DNA from: Lama guanicoe
Taxonomy: Eukaryota
DNA length: 64,000 nucleotides
Direction: 5' to 3'
NCBI GenBank assembly: GCA_013239625.1
Contig: MU053513.1
Coordinates: 1,166,927 to 1,230,926 of the forward strand
The notes beneath the pieces are model-generated. The model saw only the letters and a program-made list of their open reading frames with translations, ran no database searches and was not told where the DNA came from. Made by a program: the position numbers and the translations under genes. Positions within the stretch are counted from its first letter, which is position 1, and every line of letters begins with the position of its first letter. Shown here in pieces: positions 22,968-36,030 of the stretch.

Positions 22968-24374
22968 GAATGCAGTACAGACAGCAGCAAATGAACCTAA
23001 CCTAGCCGTGCGCCCAGAAACGATGCAACTACATTGAAGGTGAAGGATGGGGAAGAAAAGGACCAGCCTAAGTAATGAGTACTTTGACTACATTCTCCAA
23101 GGGTAAAGACAAAAAAAAGTGTAAAACACCATACTTTAGTTAAGAAATGTGTTCGCAATGGGGGTTGGATTAGCAATTTTGAAATAAATTCATGTTTGTT
23201 TCAACTGGAATTGAAGAAAAAAGCAAGTATATTTACATAATAAGAGTTAGGCTTCTCTTTGCTAAAGAAATTACAAATAAGAAGTGGAAGAGGGTTAGCA
23301 GGAATTTTGTAGTGCAGGATTGGAACTGCAGCAATTGGCCTGAGCACATATACAGATAGATGGATAAAGAAATAAATATAGATGTGTGTGTGTGTGGATT
23401 AGTATGCAAACATATATTCCTAGATCTGTCCAGTAAGAAAGGACTATCTTGTGATGTCAGAAAATAAGAAGGTGCTCAAAAAAATGTCTAAAAGATACAA
23501 GACGGCCAAAAGGGAAATAATTTGAAAAACAAAATAAATACTAGTATTAAATTACAACCTTAAGAATAAAATAAATAGCTGTGAGCCCATCCTGATATAA
23601 ATAATTTAATAAGTAAATAAATGAGAAAGTACAGCTCTGAATTCCAATTCATAAATGTAGTAAATATAAGGGAAATAAAAAATCAATATTAGTTAAATTC
23701 CGTAAGATTCATCAACAATGTATGCTAAAATTAAAGAGTGTAAATTTAAGGAGAAATAGGATATTTACGAAGTTTCAAAATATCTCTCACAAGATATTTA
23801 CTAATTTTGAAGGAAATGTTGCTCATGTAAAGAAGAGAAATTCGACAGACACCACCTTGACTAAGTAATTGAGGTTAACATGACCAGGATAGACATATTG
23901 ATATTACGTACTCCTAGTTATCATGTCCTGAGGAAAACATAAATTTTGTGCTATTCTTGCTAAAATGTATAACTTTCATCTACTCATAAGAAAACATAAA
24001 ACAAATGGATAGATATTTTATAAAAAGTAACTGAACAGAAATTTTCAAAAGTGTCAAGGTCATAAAAGACAAAGAAAGAATGAGGAACTGTCACAAACGG
24101 AAGGAGACTAAGACAACTAAATACAATATAGAATCTTGGATGGCTCCTGGGACAGAGGTATTAGCAGAAAAACTGATAAAAGTTTGAATGACGTCTGTAA
24201 TTTAGTTAGTGGTATAACACCAATGTTAATTTCCTAGTTTTGATCATTGTATTATAGTTATGGAAGACGTTAATATTAAGTTAAGTTGGGTCAAGGGTAT
24301 GTGGGAACTCTTTGTACTATGTCTGCAACTTTTCAGTAAGTCTAAAATTATTGCAAAATAAACATTTAAAGAAA

Positions 24375-27370
24375 AGCCTGCTTACAAAGAAAATCCTAAA
24401 CACAGGTGGTACTGCTAGAATTTTTTTAAATATTAGAGAAACAAATAACACAAACCTCACACAAAATCTTCAAGAATACATCCCAAACCTTGAGATCAGT
24501 TAACCTGGATACAAACCTTGAGATCAGGATAACCCACATGTAAAACTTGACAAGGACATTGTAAGACAAGAAAGGAAAACTACAAACCAATGTCAAGATA
24601 TGTACAAAAATCTTAAATGGGATTTAGGAAATTGAATCTATCAGTGAATAAAAGGAATAGTACAGCCCAATGACTTCAGTTCATTGCAGTAATATACTGT
24701 GTCTTTACATTAGAAAAGCAACATAATTTGACATATAAATAAACAAAAAATTTAAAGTGATACAAGGAGAAAATACTGAATAAAATTTGACACCCACTCA
24801 TGATTTTAAAAATAATAATAAAATCCTAATCCTTAGGAATAGAAGGAATCTTCCTTAATCTAATAAAGAGTCTCTGACGAATAAGTAAATAAATAAATAC
24901 AGCATGCATCACTCTTAATGGTATAATACTAAAATTTTTTCTAAGAAAAAGAGTATTTGCTATTACCAGTTCATTTCAATCACATACTGAAAGTGTTAAC
25001 TCTAAATATGCAATAGTTTAAGGCATAGAAATAAAAGGCATAAGAATTAGAAAGGAAAAAATAAACCCAGTAATTTGCATAAGTGTAAGTGTGTATGTGG
25101 AAAATACAGAAAACTATACAGGCACACTGTTAGCATTAATGTGTGAATTTAGCAAGTTCAGTGAATAAAAGGTAAATTGCCAAAAATCAGTTAGATTCTT
25201 ATATAACAATAACAAAATTAATAATAAAACCTAAAAGGTACCATGTACAATAACATCAATGTATGGTTAGTCATAAATCTATCACATGAAGTACAGGAAT
25301 AGAACTAACTAAATGGAAAAACATACCATGCTCAAACTGGAAGACTTCATTATAAAGATGTTATATCAGCCTGGCTATCAGAAGAAAGAAATCACATTGT
25401 AATTTAATCTGGGGAAGTTTAATATAAATAACTATGTATAGTAACAGAGGATTGGCACAATGAGAGACTGCCTAGAAGTAAAAACTAAAAACTATGTAAA
25501 TAGCAGATATAAGGAGCAGTCATATCCTTAGGGCGAATTACAACACACAAGAAGAGGTCCCAGTAGGGTGAAGAACCAGACCTTAGGTATGGCCGTGGCT
25601 CACTAAATGGCAAAGAAATGCCTGTTGTGTGCACTGGTGAAAATTGCAAGACATTCGCTTTCTAGGGTGCTGGGGAGGGCTACTCAGAGAGCAGTGTCTT
25701 CCTAGAGTCATGACTCAAGCCTTGCAGAAAGCTGCAGGCTGCTGGGTGCTGCTGGCCGCCATGCACTGCAGGGGTCTGGTCCTGGAACAGCTAGGTGTGC
25801 GTGCTGCAGGGCTGGACCCTGGAGGAGCCACAACACTTCAGAATTGGATGAACCAGGAAGCAAAGCCCTTCTCTTCCAATGTCTCTCTAGTGTTGTCTAC
25901 TAACAAAGCTGAAAACTTCATGCCAGCTGGCAAAGGAAAACATTTAAAAGGATGATCTTCATTCAGAGACTGGGCAATAAGGAGTGAATTTAGAGCCAAG
26001 AGGCAATAAATTGATGACTGGAACAGGAGAAGAATAACAACAAAACTGGAGGAATCACTATGATAAATGTTGTTAAACCATCATAAATAAGATAGTGTTT
26101 GATTGATGAAAGATAGACAAACTGACCAGTCAAACAGAAGAGATTCCAGACAGATTCACACTTCCACAGTCACCTGATTAACCCCAAACACCTACCGCTA
26201 TACAGTGAAGAAATGATGGCTCATTCAAGAAATGATTTTGCATCAGCTGGACAGCCAAACAAAAAAATTAATTTTGATCCATATGCAAAAATTGATTCTA
26301 AATGGATGGCAAATCTGAATGTGAAAGATAAAACAATCATATTTTTGGAAGAAAATTAAACGGAACATTTCCGAATTTGGAGTCAGTAAAGCATTCTTCA
26401 ATAGGGTGCAGAGATCTGATAAGGTGAAAAATATTAAAATTAAGGATTTCTTATCAAAAGACACACCACTAGGAATGAAAATACATCCCACAGATTTGGA
26501 GAGGAGATGGCCAATGTGTATATTCAACAGAGAACTCATATCCAGAATATTTCAAGAACACCTACAGATCAGGATAGACAGACCAACAGAAAAATGAGTA
26601 CTTCATAAATGGTCACAGACACATGCAAAGGTATTCAACTTCATCAGTCATCAAGAAAATACAAATTAAAACTACAATGAGATATCCTATTGACCTACCA
26701 GGCTGACTAAAATGAAAAAGGCCAACCAAGTATTGGCTAGAATGCAGCACAATGGCCATTCTGGCTGTGGAATGATAAACTGGTACAACCACTTTAAAAA
26801 CTAGTAGGTAATACCAACGAAAGCTGAGCTTAAGGGCATTTTACGACTTAGCAATTTTACCACCTGTGCATTCCCATATGCATATTTATCATAGGACACG
26901 CACAAGAATGTTCTAGCAACACTGTTTGTAATAGTCCCAGACTGCAAAGTACTCAAACGCCTACTAGCAGTAGAATAAATAAATATGCTATGGTATAATC
27001 ACAAACTGAAATGCTGTACCGCAGTGAGAGCAAAAGAATGACATCTTCAAAAAATTTAACTGGATGAATCCTACAAACAATGTTAAGTGAAAGATGCCAG
27101 GTAGAAAAAGAATACATAATGTATGATTTATCAATGTTCAAGCATAATCAAGACCTACCTATGGTGTTAAAAATCAGAATAGTGGCTGTGCTGGCAAGAG
27201 TAATGACCAGAAGCAGGAACAGAAGAAGTGTTCTGGGTGCTAGTAACATATTTATTCATGATCTGGCTTCTGGTTACATAGGTATGTGCAATTAGTGATT
27301 TATTGGGCTATACACTTGTGATTTTTGTATACTTTTCTGTGTGCCGTAAATGTCAATAAGTTGCTTTTAA
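24375..27370 (+). mobile_element. Very old L1 (L1ME-like) ORF2/3' remnants, interrupted by an LTR
   Basis: Decayed RT-region and C-terminal motifs (gaatagaaggaatcttccttaatctaataaag, caaattaaaactacaatgagata). Confidence 0.7.
25359..26025. mobile_element. Old LTR element, family not assigned
   Basis: GC-richer TG...CA-bounded block interrupting L1 sequence; ends agaggcaataaattgatgactggaaca. Confidence 0.5.
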
Positions 27371-29139
27371 AAGGGAGAAAAGAAGGAAGGAAACAAAAAC
27401 AAACATAAAGACATCAAATCAATGAATATGGTAAAAAAAAAGTGACTCATAATTCAAATGTCTTGGGTATAAGATAAGAAAAACCTAACTAGTTCTAGTT
27501 ATAATGTTCATTTAGGATAAATATTCTCCTGCCACAAGGGGGTTCCCTTGCTACACTCCTTTACTTAGGACACTATATTTTCCAGATTCTCTTGGTGTTC
27601 TGATGCATTTTACCTATTTATCTTTGAAGGATTCAAGAAGGTGCACTCTTTGCTGAAAATCTGTAAATCTGTAGAATATAATATAAAGCATGAAGCTTCT
27701 CCACAATTTACTCTCAAGTCGTCATCCAACTAGTGGAATATATTTCTTCAAACTCTTAAACCTGATTGCTAGAAAGTACATCCTAATCTAATATTTAAAT
27801 CTATTCTTTGTCAATCCCAGCCTTTGGTCTTGCTCTGTTTCTCAGGACTGAATTTCCCTATTTGGGAGAGATGATATGCTTTTATTAAGGTAACTGAGGT
27901 ATTTTTATCAGCCATGTCCTATCTCTAACTTCTTAAATGGACAGCTGGATAACACCCACAGATTTCTTTTTTTCTGGGTGTTGTCACGCTTAAATCTTTT
28001 ATACAAGCCCATTGCAGGACTCTTGTTAATCCTTGTATTAATCCTTATTAACTGTCTGTTAAGTTTTGACAATCATGTCAACCTATCATGATATTATTAA
28101 TCTAATTTGGCTCTCAAACTAGATTCCACAAATCTTGTGTTATACACAAATGTACTGAATGCCTCATACCTCGTGAGGTGTCTAGCATATAGTAGTAATT
28201 CAGTAATATCCATTTAGTTCAATTTGGTGAAATAGCAGATTCAAGAAAAAAGCCATGTGAACCCAAATAATTATAAAGTAAACTTACATTTCTCTATCCT
28301 ACCTACGTGTATTTTATATTTTTCTCTTTTCCCCAAAATCCATATATCCTATGTTTATAGCATTACCCAAGTTCTAGGTCAAGCAAACCTGCTTCACAAA
28401 GAGAATTAGGTTATTCTGCCAAGCTCTGCTTTTGACAAATTTATGATGGTACCTAATGTTCATTACTTCCCTCTATAATTTTGTTCATTCATGCATTCAA
28501 TCATTCATTCACCAAGCACATATGGAGGGCCTGCAAGGTGCTAGGCACTTTCATGATTTGTTCATCCTTTTATCTCCCCCTCGCTTCTCTCTCTCTGTGA
28601 GCTGATTCGTGGGAAGTCCGGTAGAACTCCAGTAGGTTGTATTTAGAGAATGTTTAATGATTCATTCCTCTGCCCCACAGCTTAATATGCCCCCAAATAG
28701 CCGTCACTTAAAACAGAGTGCAGCTTAACTTCTGCCTTACATGTTGCAGAAAGTTGTTGGCAAACAAGAACTATTTCTTGTTGCTGGGGATCAGAAACTG
28801 GTTTTTGTCCTTTTTTGTATTACCTGAACCAGTGCGCTAGTGTTTATATAAAACAGATTACTTAATAGAAGTTATGTATACAAAATGGTATCACTTAAAA
28901 ACACTTTCTAAGCCAGCTCAAAGACCAGAACTTGGACTTTTTTTTTTAATAAGGCAGATACCCAATGTTTGTCTAACTTAAGTTTATTTTCTCCAGTAAC
29001 CTGAGAGGTCAACCCAATCTTAGCACCCAAACCAGTTTGGCAAAATAGATGGAGATTTACCTAAACTGGAAGTAGACACTGTTAAATATCATTCTTACCA
29101 GATGATTTCACTTTCTGATTTAAATACTGCTTCTGAAAA

Positions 29140-29630
29140 TCCACAGGGACTCCTTCCTCGTTGCCCTCTGAACACCAGTATCACTGAGTCCCGGTAACCT
29201 GCCTCCTAACGACTGGCTCTCTGTTCTGTCCCCTCTCCTTCGCAGCCCCGTCCCTGCTGGAATCACCGGCGGGCTCACTGCCGTTGACTACAGGAAGGCA
29301 ACAGTCCCTCCGACACGTTCTGCTCACTGCCGTAGGAGGGTTCTTTCTAAAATGCAAATCTTACGTGACTTGCCATGTAGAATAGTTTGGTGACTCTTCA
29401 CGGCTTTTAGGGCTCCAGTAAGGCTCAGGCGGTAGCGGACTCTCAGAGTCATCTCTGACATCTCACCCTCAGCTCCAATGATACACTACTTCAAACACAC
29501 TCTGCTTTGACAAATGGGTTTAGCTTTGAATATACTGTCCCTCACACCTGGACTAAGCTTCCTCTATTGTTCATTCTGATCCTCTCCTGGACTACCAGAC
29601 AACTGCAAGACTCAGTTCAGATGTCACCAA
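29140..29630 (+). mobile_element. L2 fragment
   Basis: gcctcctaacgactggctctct...ttctttctaaaatgcaaatc...aagactcagttcagatgtcacc. Confidence 0.6.
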
Positions 29631-31812
29631 TGGAAACGGTGGGCACATTAATGATGGTAATACATTATTATATTATTATCTATTAAAATATTAAGCAACC
29701 CCAGGAGACGAATAATGTAATTGACACTTTATATATGAGAAAAAAATGGTTCAGAAGAGTTAAATGATGTGCTTGAGCCGAGAATTCAAAGAAAGATATA
29801 GTTGTATTATGTTCATTAATGAGCTTCATGTTTTATAAAAAGCCAAGGACTAATTCTCTTATGTTTATAACTACTAGGTGTTATTCAATTAATACCCAAT
29901 ATAGACTTCAAATTCCCATTGAGTTTTTCATTTTTATGAAAATAATATTGACCACTCAGTTCCACAAGCTTAATGATTAATATATAGTTTCAATACATGG
30001 CTTTTAAAATTAGGAGCTATTGAAAGGAGTTTAACAAATATTTGTTAAGAGGGAAGGAAGGATCAGCATTCCCCATGAAGATGATATAATGTTACAGTGT
30101 ACAGAGAGTTATTAGCACAGGAAAATTAAGCACCTGTTTTGAAGAACATAAAGTGCAGAGATGAGGATCCAACAGATGTTGCCTCTATTAATGTACAAAG
30201 AGCCTGATTATTTCCTAATGCTCCGCTCCACTGCCGTGCCTTTATTCCTGATGACTTCATTGGAAATACTAAGAAGGCACAGTTCATCTTTCATATTTAT
30301 GACCTTAGGAAAGCTGAGATGAAATGAAGCAAGGGCTTCTCACTGAGCTTCTTTAGTTGAACCCAGATATCCAGCTGATGCACTGAGGCATCATGCATTT
30401 GGGGGAAGATGTATGAGCACACAAATTTATGCTGATGCTTTGGTACCTACTGGAAAAAGCATGTATTTTGGTGTTTAAAATGAGACTCCAAATTGTCTTC
30501 AACTTAGGAGCTAGTAAATTGCTTCTAGGAGATTTGCAAGATTTAACAAATATTGGAGGGTTTATGTATATAACATTCTATGAAAGAAAAGATTAATGAT
30601 AGATGAAAATAAGAAAAAAAGGAAAAAACATAGATGAAAGATAGATAAATTATCCAATAGATAGGTAGCTAGAGATGTAGCATATAAAATTATTATTAGA
30701 GAAAGGGCATGGAGACAAAACAAGTGATAGATCAACGTTTTGACAACAGTAAAACAGCAATAGAAGTCTACAAGAGACTAACTGAATACTGTTCTTTTTA
30801 TTTTTAGCTTCATTGAGGTATAATATATACACAAAAATACTACACACATTTGAAGTATGCAAACTCTTGATGCATTAGGAAATAATGCAAAGTTTCTGCT
30901 CTGCAAGATGAGTAAGTTGTAGAGATCTGCTACATAACATAGTACCTGTAGTTAACAAGGCTGTATCGTGCACTGAAAAATGCTGTTCATTTATTTACAA
31001 TGTATGTTGAAGTGGGAGAAACAGGGATGAACAGAAATAACCAACTTTATCTAATTTTTTAATATTGTAAGCATGGAATTGTGTGTAATATTTCTTAAAT
31101 TTTTAAAATAATTTAGACATGTGTTCCTATATTTAGTTTCTCATTATTGATTTTAGTAATTTCCTCTTTATTTCAATTACGTTTGCCAGGCTTATCAAGA
31201 ACATTAGATTGTTGGGTTTGCACCTCTCAGATGAGAAACCAATTCTCAGGTTTTGTCGGTTTCCCTGTTGTTTTCTGAGTTACTAATTTCTTATTTGCTC
31301 CATACTCTGTATCATTTTTGATATTGGGATCATTCTCTGAGTTTTTAGTATGATATTAGTTTTACCTTCTCTACATATTTTCCCTTTAGTTCATAGTGCT
31401 TTCAAAACTTTTTTAATCTTCATCTTCAAATACACTGAATAAATGTTTAATTCAATTATTTTTAAATTTCATTGAGCAATGAAATATCTAAGGCTTCGAA
31501 TTTGCTCTTGAGTAACTCTTTGGATGTATTTCATGTTTTAATATGAAAGAAAGGTCTCATTTTTACTTTCTCTAAATAGTATGAAGTTGAGTTTGGATTT
31601 TATTTTACATCCAATAGTAATTTATGTGATTGTGGATAATAATTTATTTTTATAATGTATACAAATTTTAAAATGATTGACTTTGTTATTGAAATATCTG
31701 GTCTCTGAGTATCATTTGTTTAGTTAGCTGAATGTTTTATAATACTCCAAAATTATTGATTCTATCCAGTTATCTGTATATTTCTAACACAATTTTATGT
31801 AAAATATTTCAA

Positions 31813-32631
31813 GGTTATTCACTGAAACATTCTTTGTAATTGTGATATGTTGGAAACAACATAAATGCCTATATATAGGAGATCAGTTGAAGAAATTGTA
31901 CATTACACAATGGAGAAATATGCAGCTATAAAAAGATCTTTGTGAACCAATATAAAGTAATTTCCAGAATATACTATTATGTGAGAGAAGTAAGTGCAAA
32001 AGTGAGTATCTATAGTCATGTACCTTTCATGTAAGAAAGAATATAAGAAAATACAAAAGAAATGCTGTCGACCTTCCATATGCAGGGGTTCCACATCCAC
32101 AGATTCAACCAAATGCAGATTGAAAATATTCAGGAAAAAAATTCCAGAGAGTTCCAAAAAACAAAACTTGAATTCACCACACACCAGAAACATGGTGTTT
32201 ACATTGTTATTTACTACTATTTACATAGCATTTACATGGTATTGGGTATTATAAAGAATCAAGATATGATTAAAGTATTTGGGAGAATATGCATAGGTAA
32301 TATACAAATACTACTCCATTTTATATACGGGACATGAGCATCCGTGGATTTTGGTACCTACATGTGGTCTTGGAACCAATCCCCCCAGGGATACCAAGGG
32401 ATGGCTGCACAAGAATGATAAACCAGAAACTCAAGTGATTGGTTACTAACTAGTGAGAAAGGAGTAGGGTAAAATGGGGACAGAGAAAGGAGGAGTAGGT
32501 TGAGGAGGGCACATCACTTTTCTAAGTATATCCTTTTGAATGGATAAAACATACTCTCAGAACTATAATGTTTCATGTACCAGAACAAATAAATAAACAA
32601 TTCAAATCAATCAAGATGTAGGAAGAACTCA
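31813..32631 (+). repeat. Local duplication copy B (contains MER2 copy 32065-32407)
   Basis: Aligns to 22127-22967; lacks 22 bp (tacatgtatccactcattcacg) present in copy A. Confidence 0.95.
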
Positions 32632-34994
32632 CGGCTGTTCTTGTCTACATTACTAGACAAGACACTCTAATGTCTACATTACAATAAATTATATAAAAGT
32701 CTATTTGTATTTATAGTCTGAAAAATACTCTGAACCAGATGAAACTTAGCTTTGCCTGTTCATTGTTAAATTTTATACTAGCTCTTATTGTAATATTTAA
32801 TATTCACAATTTAAATTGAAGCAAAAGTCCATTCACACAGAATTAGTCTGGGACAGCTCATCCTATGAATCAGATAACATTAATAAACATACAAAGTCAT
32901 TTTTAAAATTACTGTTTTTAAAAAAAATTTTTACATCAATTTCTAAACTATGTTCTTCTTCTACAATGATATGGAATTATTTAAAGGTGCAAAATTTAGT
33001 TCAAAATGCATTTATATTTATTGCTTAATATTTGCCTTTAAGATTGCAAGATTTTACTTTAGCTAATAAACACTTTAAAATCTGTTTTCACTTGTGAAAT
33101 TCTCTTTGATGTATGACTTAATAAAATATCCAATACACACGTACTTCTGCATATTAATTTTTTATATTGCAAGCTCTAAAAAACTGGCAAATTATATTTT
33201 ATTTGGGAATTTTTTAAGGAATTTTCGCCATTCTCAAGTAGCCAACAAAGGGAATGTACAAATGTCGCCAATGGGTGAAACGTAGGATTCTTTCTATACT
33301 TTACAGTATATATGGTATATGTGGCAAATCTATTATTCTTGATATAACAAACACCACGTTAGGTTTTTTTTTTAACATTTCACTAACTGATTGGTTTGTT
33401 TTATTTAACTCACATACTGGGCAAAGCTGAGGGTGAAATGTAATATTTTAATATCTCAACCCTTCATCCTCCCCAGAGGTGGATGCTTTATTAAGATTCT
33501 TCAAAGAAAGTGAATTATTTCATTAAAACTTGATGTACAGCAGGCCTTCCCTGAGGTTTACAAAGGTCCGCAGGGCAGAATGTAATCTACTACCATTTAC
33601 AGGCTGCTGGATGTTCTCTAAAATCAAAACAGAGGGAGACAAGACAGTAATTGGTCATGTTATCAAACAATAAAACAAATTAGTTTTTTGTTGGTCTATT
33701 CCCTCTGTTAGAACTTCCCTAGATTTCAGAGTCAGGGGAAATAAAATCGCTCTAGCCATCAAACAAACAGCCTGTTGAGAAAAACAACTACTCATGACAG
33801 CAAAAAGCAAAATAAAAGGTTCTTCCAATTTGGAGAGACCTCTTCTCTGGGGACAGCGCTTCACCAAAACCATTCCTGATCAAAAGATAGCCCTTATGTT
33901 TTTAAAGATATTCACAGAAGTAAATTTCATCACTACTCTTGGGAAGACATTTTCTGTTAATAAAATACCAATCCAGCAATATTACTTCCTCTATCTAGTA
34001 AGGAGTGTTTTGTGTTCTCTGTCTTCTATTTCTGAAGTCGCTGTCTTCGTTTCAGCCTGGAAAGTTAGCAGTTGGAAAAAAACAAGCACAGGAATATGTA
34101 AGTGGAAAAGTATAAAATTGAAACTTACTCCAAATCCTGAAGATCTAACAAATTGCAAATGTGTCTATTAGACAAATTCAATTGCTAGTATAGGTACAAC
34201 TCTGGTAAGTACTCAAGCAGTATTTGTGAAAAATAAATGTCATAAAATCTTCATGACATGACCGTAATATAGATATCAGCATTATTCTTCATATGAGAAA
34301 GTTATGTACAGCAACAAACCAGGATAGAAATTGTAAAGTGCAATCTATTTTGCTTCACCTTATAATCAAAAAGGTACATTAAATCTGAAATAACTGCTAT
34401 TTTTCATATTTTAAGCTTTTGGAAATGATGCATTAAGACAGTATAATTATTGCAACTGGTTTTTCTTTTGCCATTGAATTCTTTTTCAATTTTAAACTCA
34501 GTAAGTATTCAAAATAACAGTGTGGTAGACAACAAGGGCATAGAGTCTGAGGTGCCTGGAGCATGGGTGCTGATGAACTGTTGCTCTATGTGTGTATACA
34601 TTCTTTTGGCAAAAAGTGCATAAGGATTAATAATGTATTAAAAATCAGTATTTGAGGTCTATTTCTGACTCTTAATAAACTTGCTATCATTTTGACCTCC
34701 TTGGACCTCCGTTTGTAAAATGCAGTAATAATAATACCACAGAACTCTTACGTTGATAAAATGAGATCATGTATGAAAACATAATTAGTGGTCATCATTA
34801 ACATTAATTGAATGTGTGATATGTTCCAGGCACTATGCTGAATTCTTTTCATGCATTATCTCATTTTCAGTGTTTAAGAGACTATAAAGAGTAGTTATCA
34901 TTTTTATTCTCCTGTGATATAGCACACCTTTTGCCTTACAGTAGCTTTACAGTAAGTCTTAAAGTAAATTTAAAATCTGCAAAATAGAAACTAT

Positions 34995-36030
34995 TAATGA
35001 TGTCCAGCTTATCAATTATTTCTTTCAAAGATTATGTCTTTCATGTTATATCTAAAAAGGCATCACCATCTTCAGGATTATGTAGGTTTTCATATATGTT
35101 ACCCTCCAGAAGTTTTATAGTTTTCCATTTTATATTTAGGTCTGTGATCCAATTTGTTAAAGGTATAAGGTCTATATCTAGATTCATTTGAGTGTTTGAA
35201 TATCCGTTTTTCCAGCACCATTTGTTGAAAAGACTATCTTAACTTCATTGTATTGTTTTTGTTCCCTTGTCAAAGATCAGTTGACTATATTTGTGGGAAT
35301 CTATTCCTGGGTTCTCTATGCTATTCTATTGGTCCATTTGTCTAGGCTTTTGCCAGTACCATACTGTCTTGATTACTATAGACTTATAGTAAATGCTGAA
35401 GTAAACATCAGTTCTCCAGCTTTGTTCTCCTTCAATTTTGTGTTGGCTATTCTGTATCTTTTCCCCTCTCCATATAAACTTCAGAATCAGTTTGTTAATA
35501 TTCACAAAATAACTTGCTGGGATTTAGACTGAGATTGCACTGAATCTCTAGATCAAATTGGGAGGAACTAATATCTTGACAGTATTGAGTCTTCCTATCC
35601 ATGAACATGGAATATCTCTCCATTTAATTAGTGCTTCTTTGATTTCAGTTGTCATAGTTTTGTAGTTTTCTTCATACAGAACTTGTTCATATTCTGTGAG
35701 TTGTATACCTAAGTATTTCATTTCGGAGGGCGTTAAAGTAAATAGTACTGTGTTTTTAATTTCAAATTACACGTGTTCATTGTTGGTTTAACATGCAAAA
35801 GAAATTGACTTTTGTATTATGTAACCTTGCAGCTTATTAGTTCCAGGAAGGTTTTTTGTTGTTGTTGTTGTTGTTGTTTTTGTTGTTGTTGTTGTTGTTT
35901 TCTTTCATATCATCTAACATAGACAGCCATGTCATCTGTTAACAAAGACAGTTTTACATCTCCCTTCTCGATCTGTGTGTCTTTTACATCATTTTATTGC
36001 CTATTGCATTAGCAAGGACTTCCCGTATGA
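34995..36030 (-). mobile_element. Old L1 ORF2 fragment containing a (GTT)n tract at ~35857-35898
   Basis: tccagcaccatttgttgaaaagacta and ttgagtcttcctatccatgaacatggaatatctctccattt are antisense L1 ORF2. Confidence 0.85.

Larger units (their letters stand above)
22055..24372 (+). mobile_element. Old L1 (L1MC-like) 3' region with a MER2 insertion
   Basis: atccactcctctaggcatctacc...; 3'UTR motifs aaaagtgtcaaggtcataaaagacaaag and gggaactctttgtactat...gtaagtctaaaatta. Confidence 0.7.

Noticed and set aside
24484..24527. 16-bp direct repeat CAAACCTTGAGATCAG (28-bp period)
   Set aside because: Two-unit slippage duplication in a dead L1; not an array.
33985..34055. Minus-strand acceptor-like site (ctaactttccag) suggesting an extra exon
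   Set aside because: No convincing donor, an early stop and no recognisable peptide.
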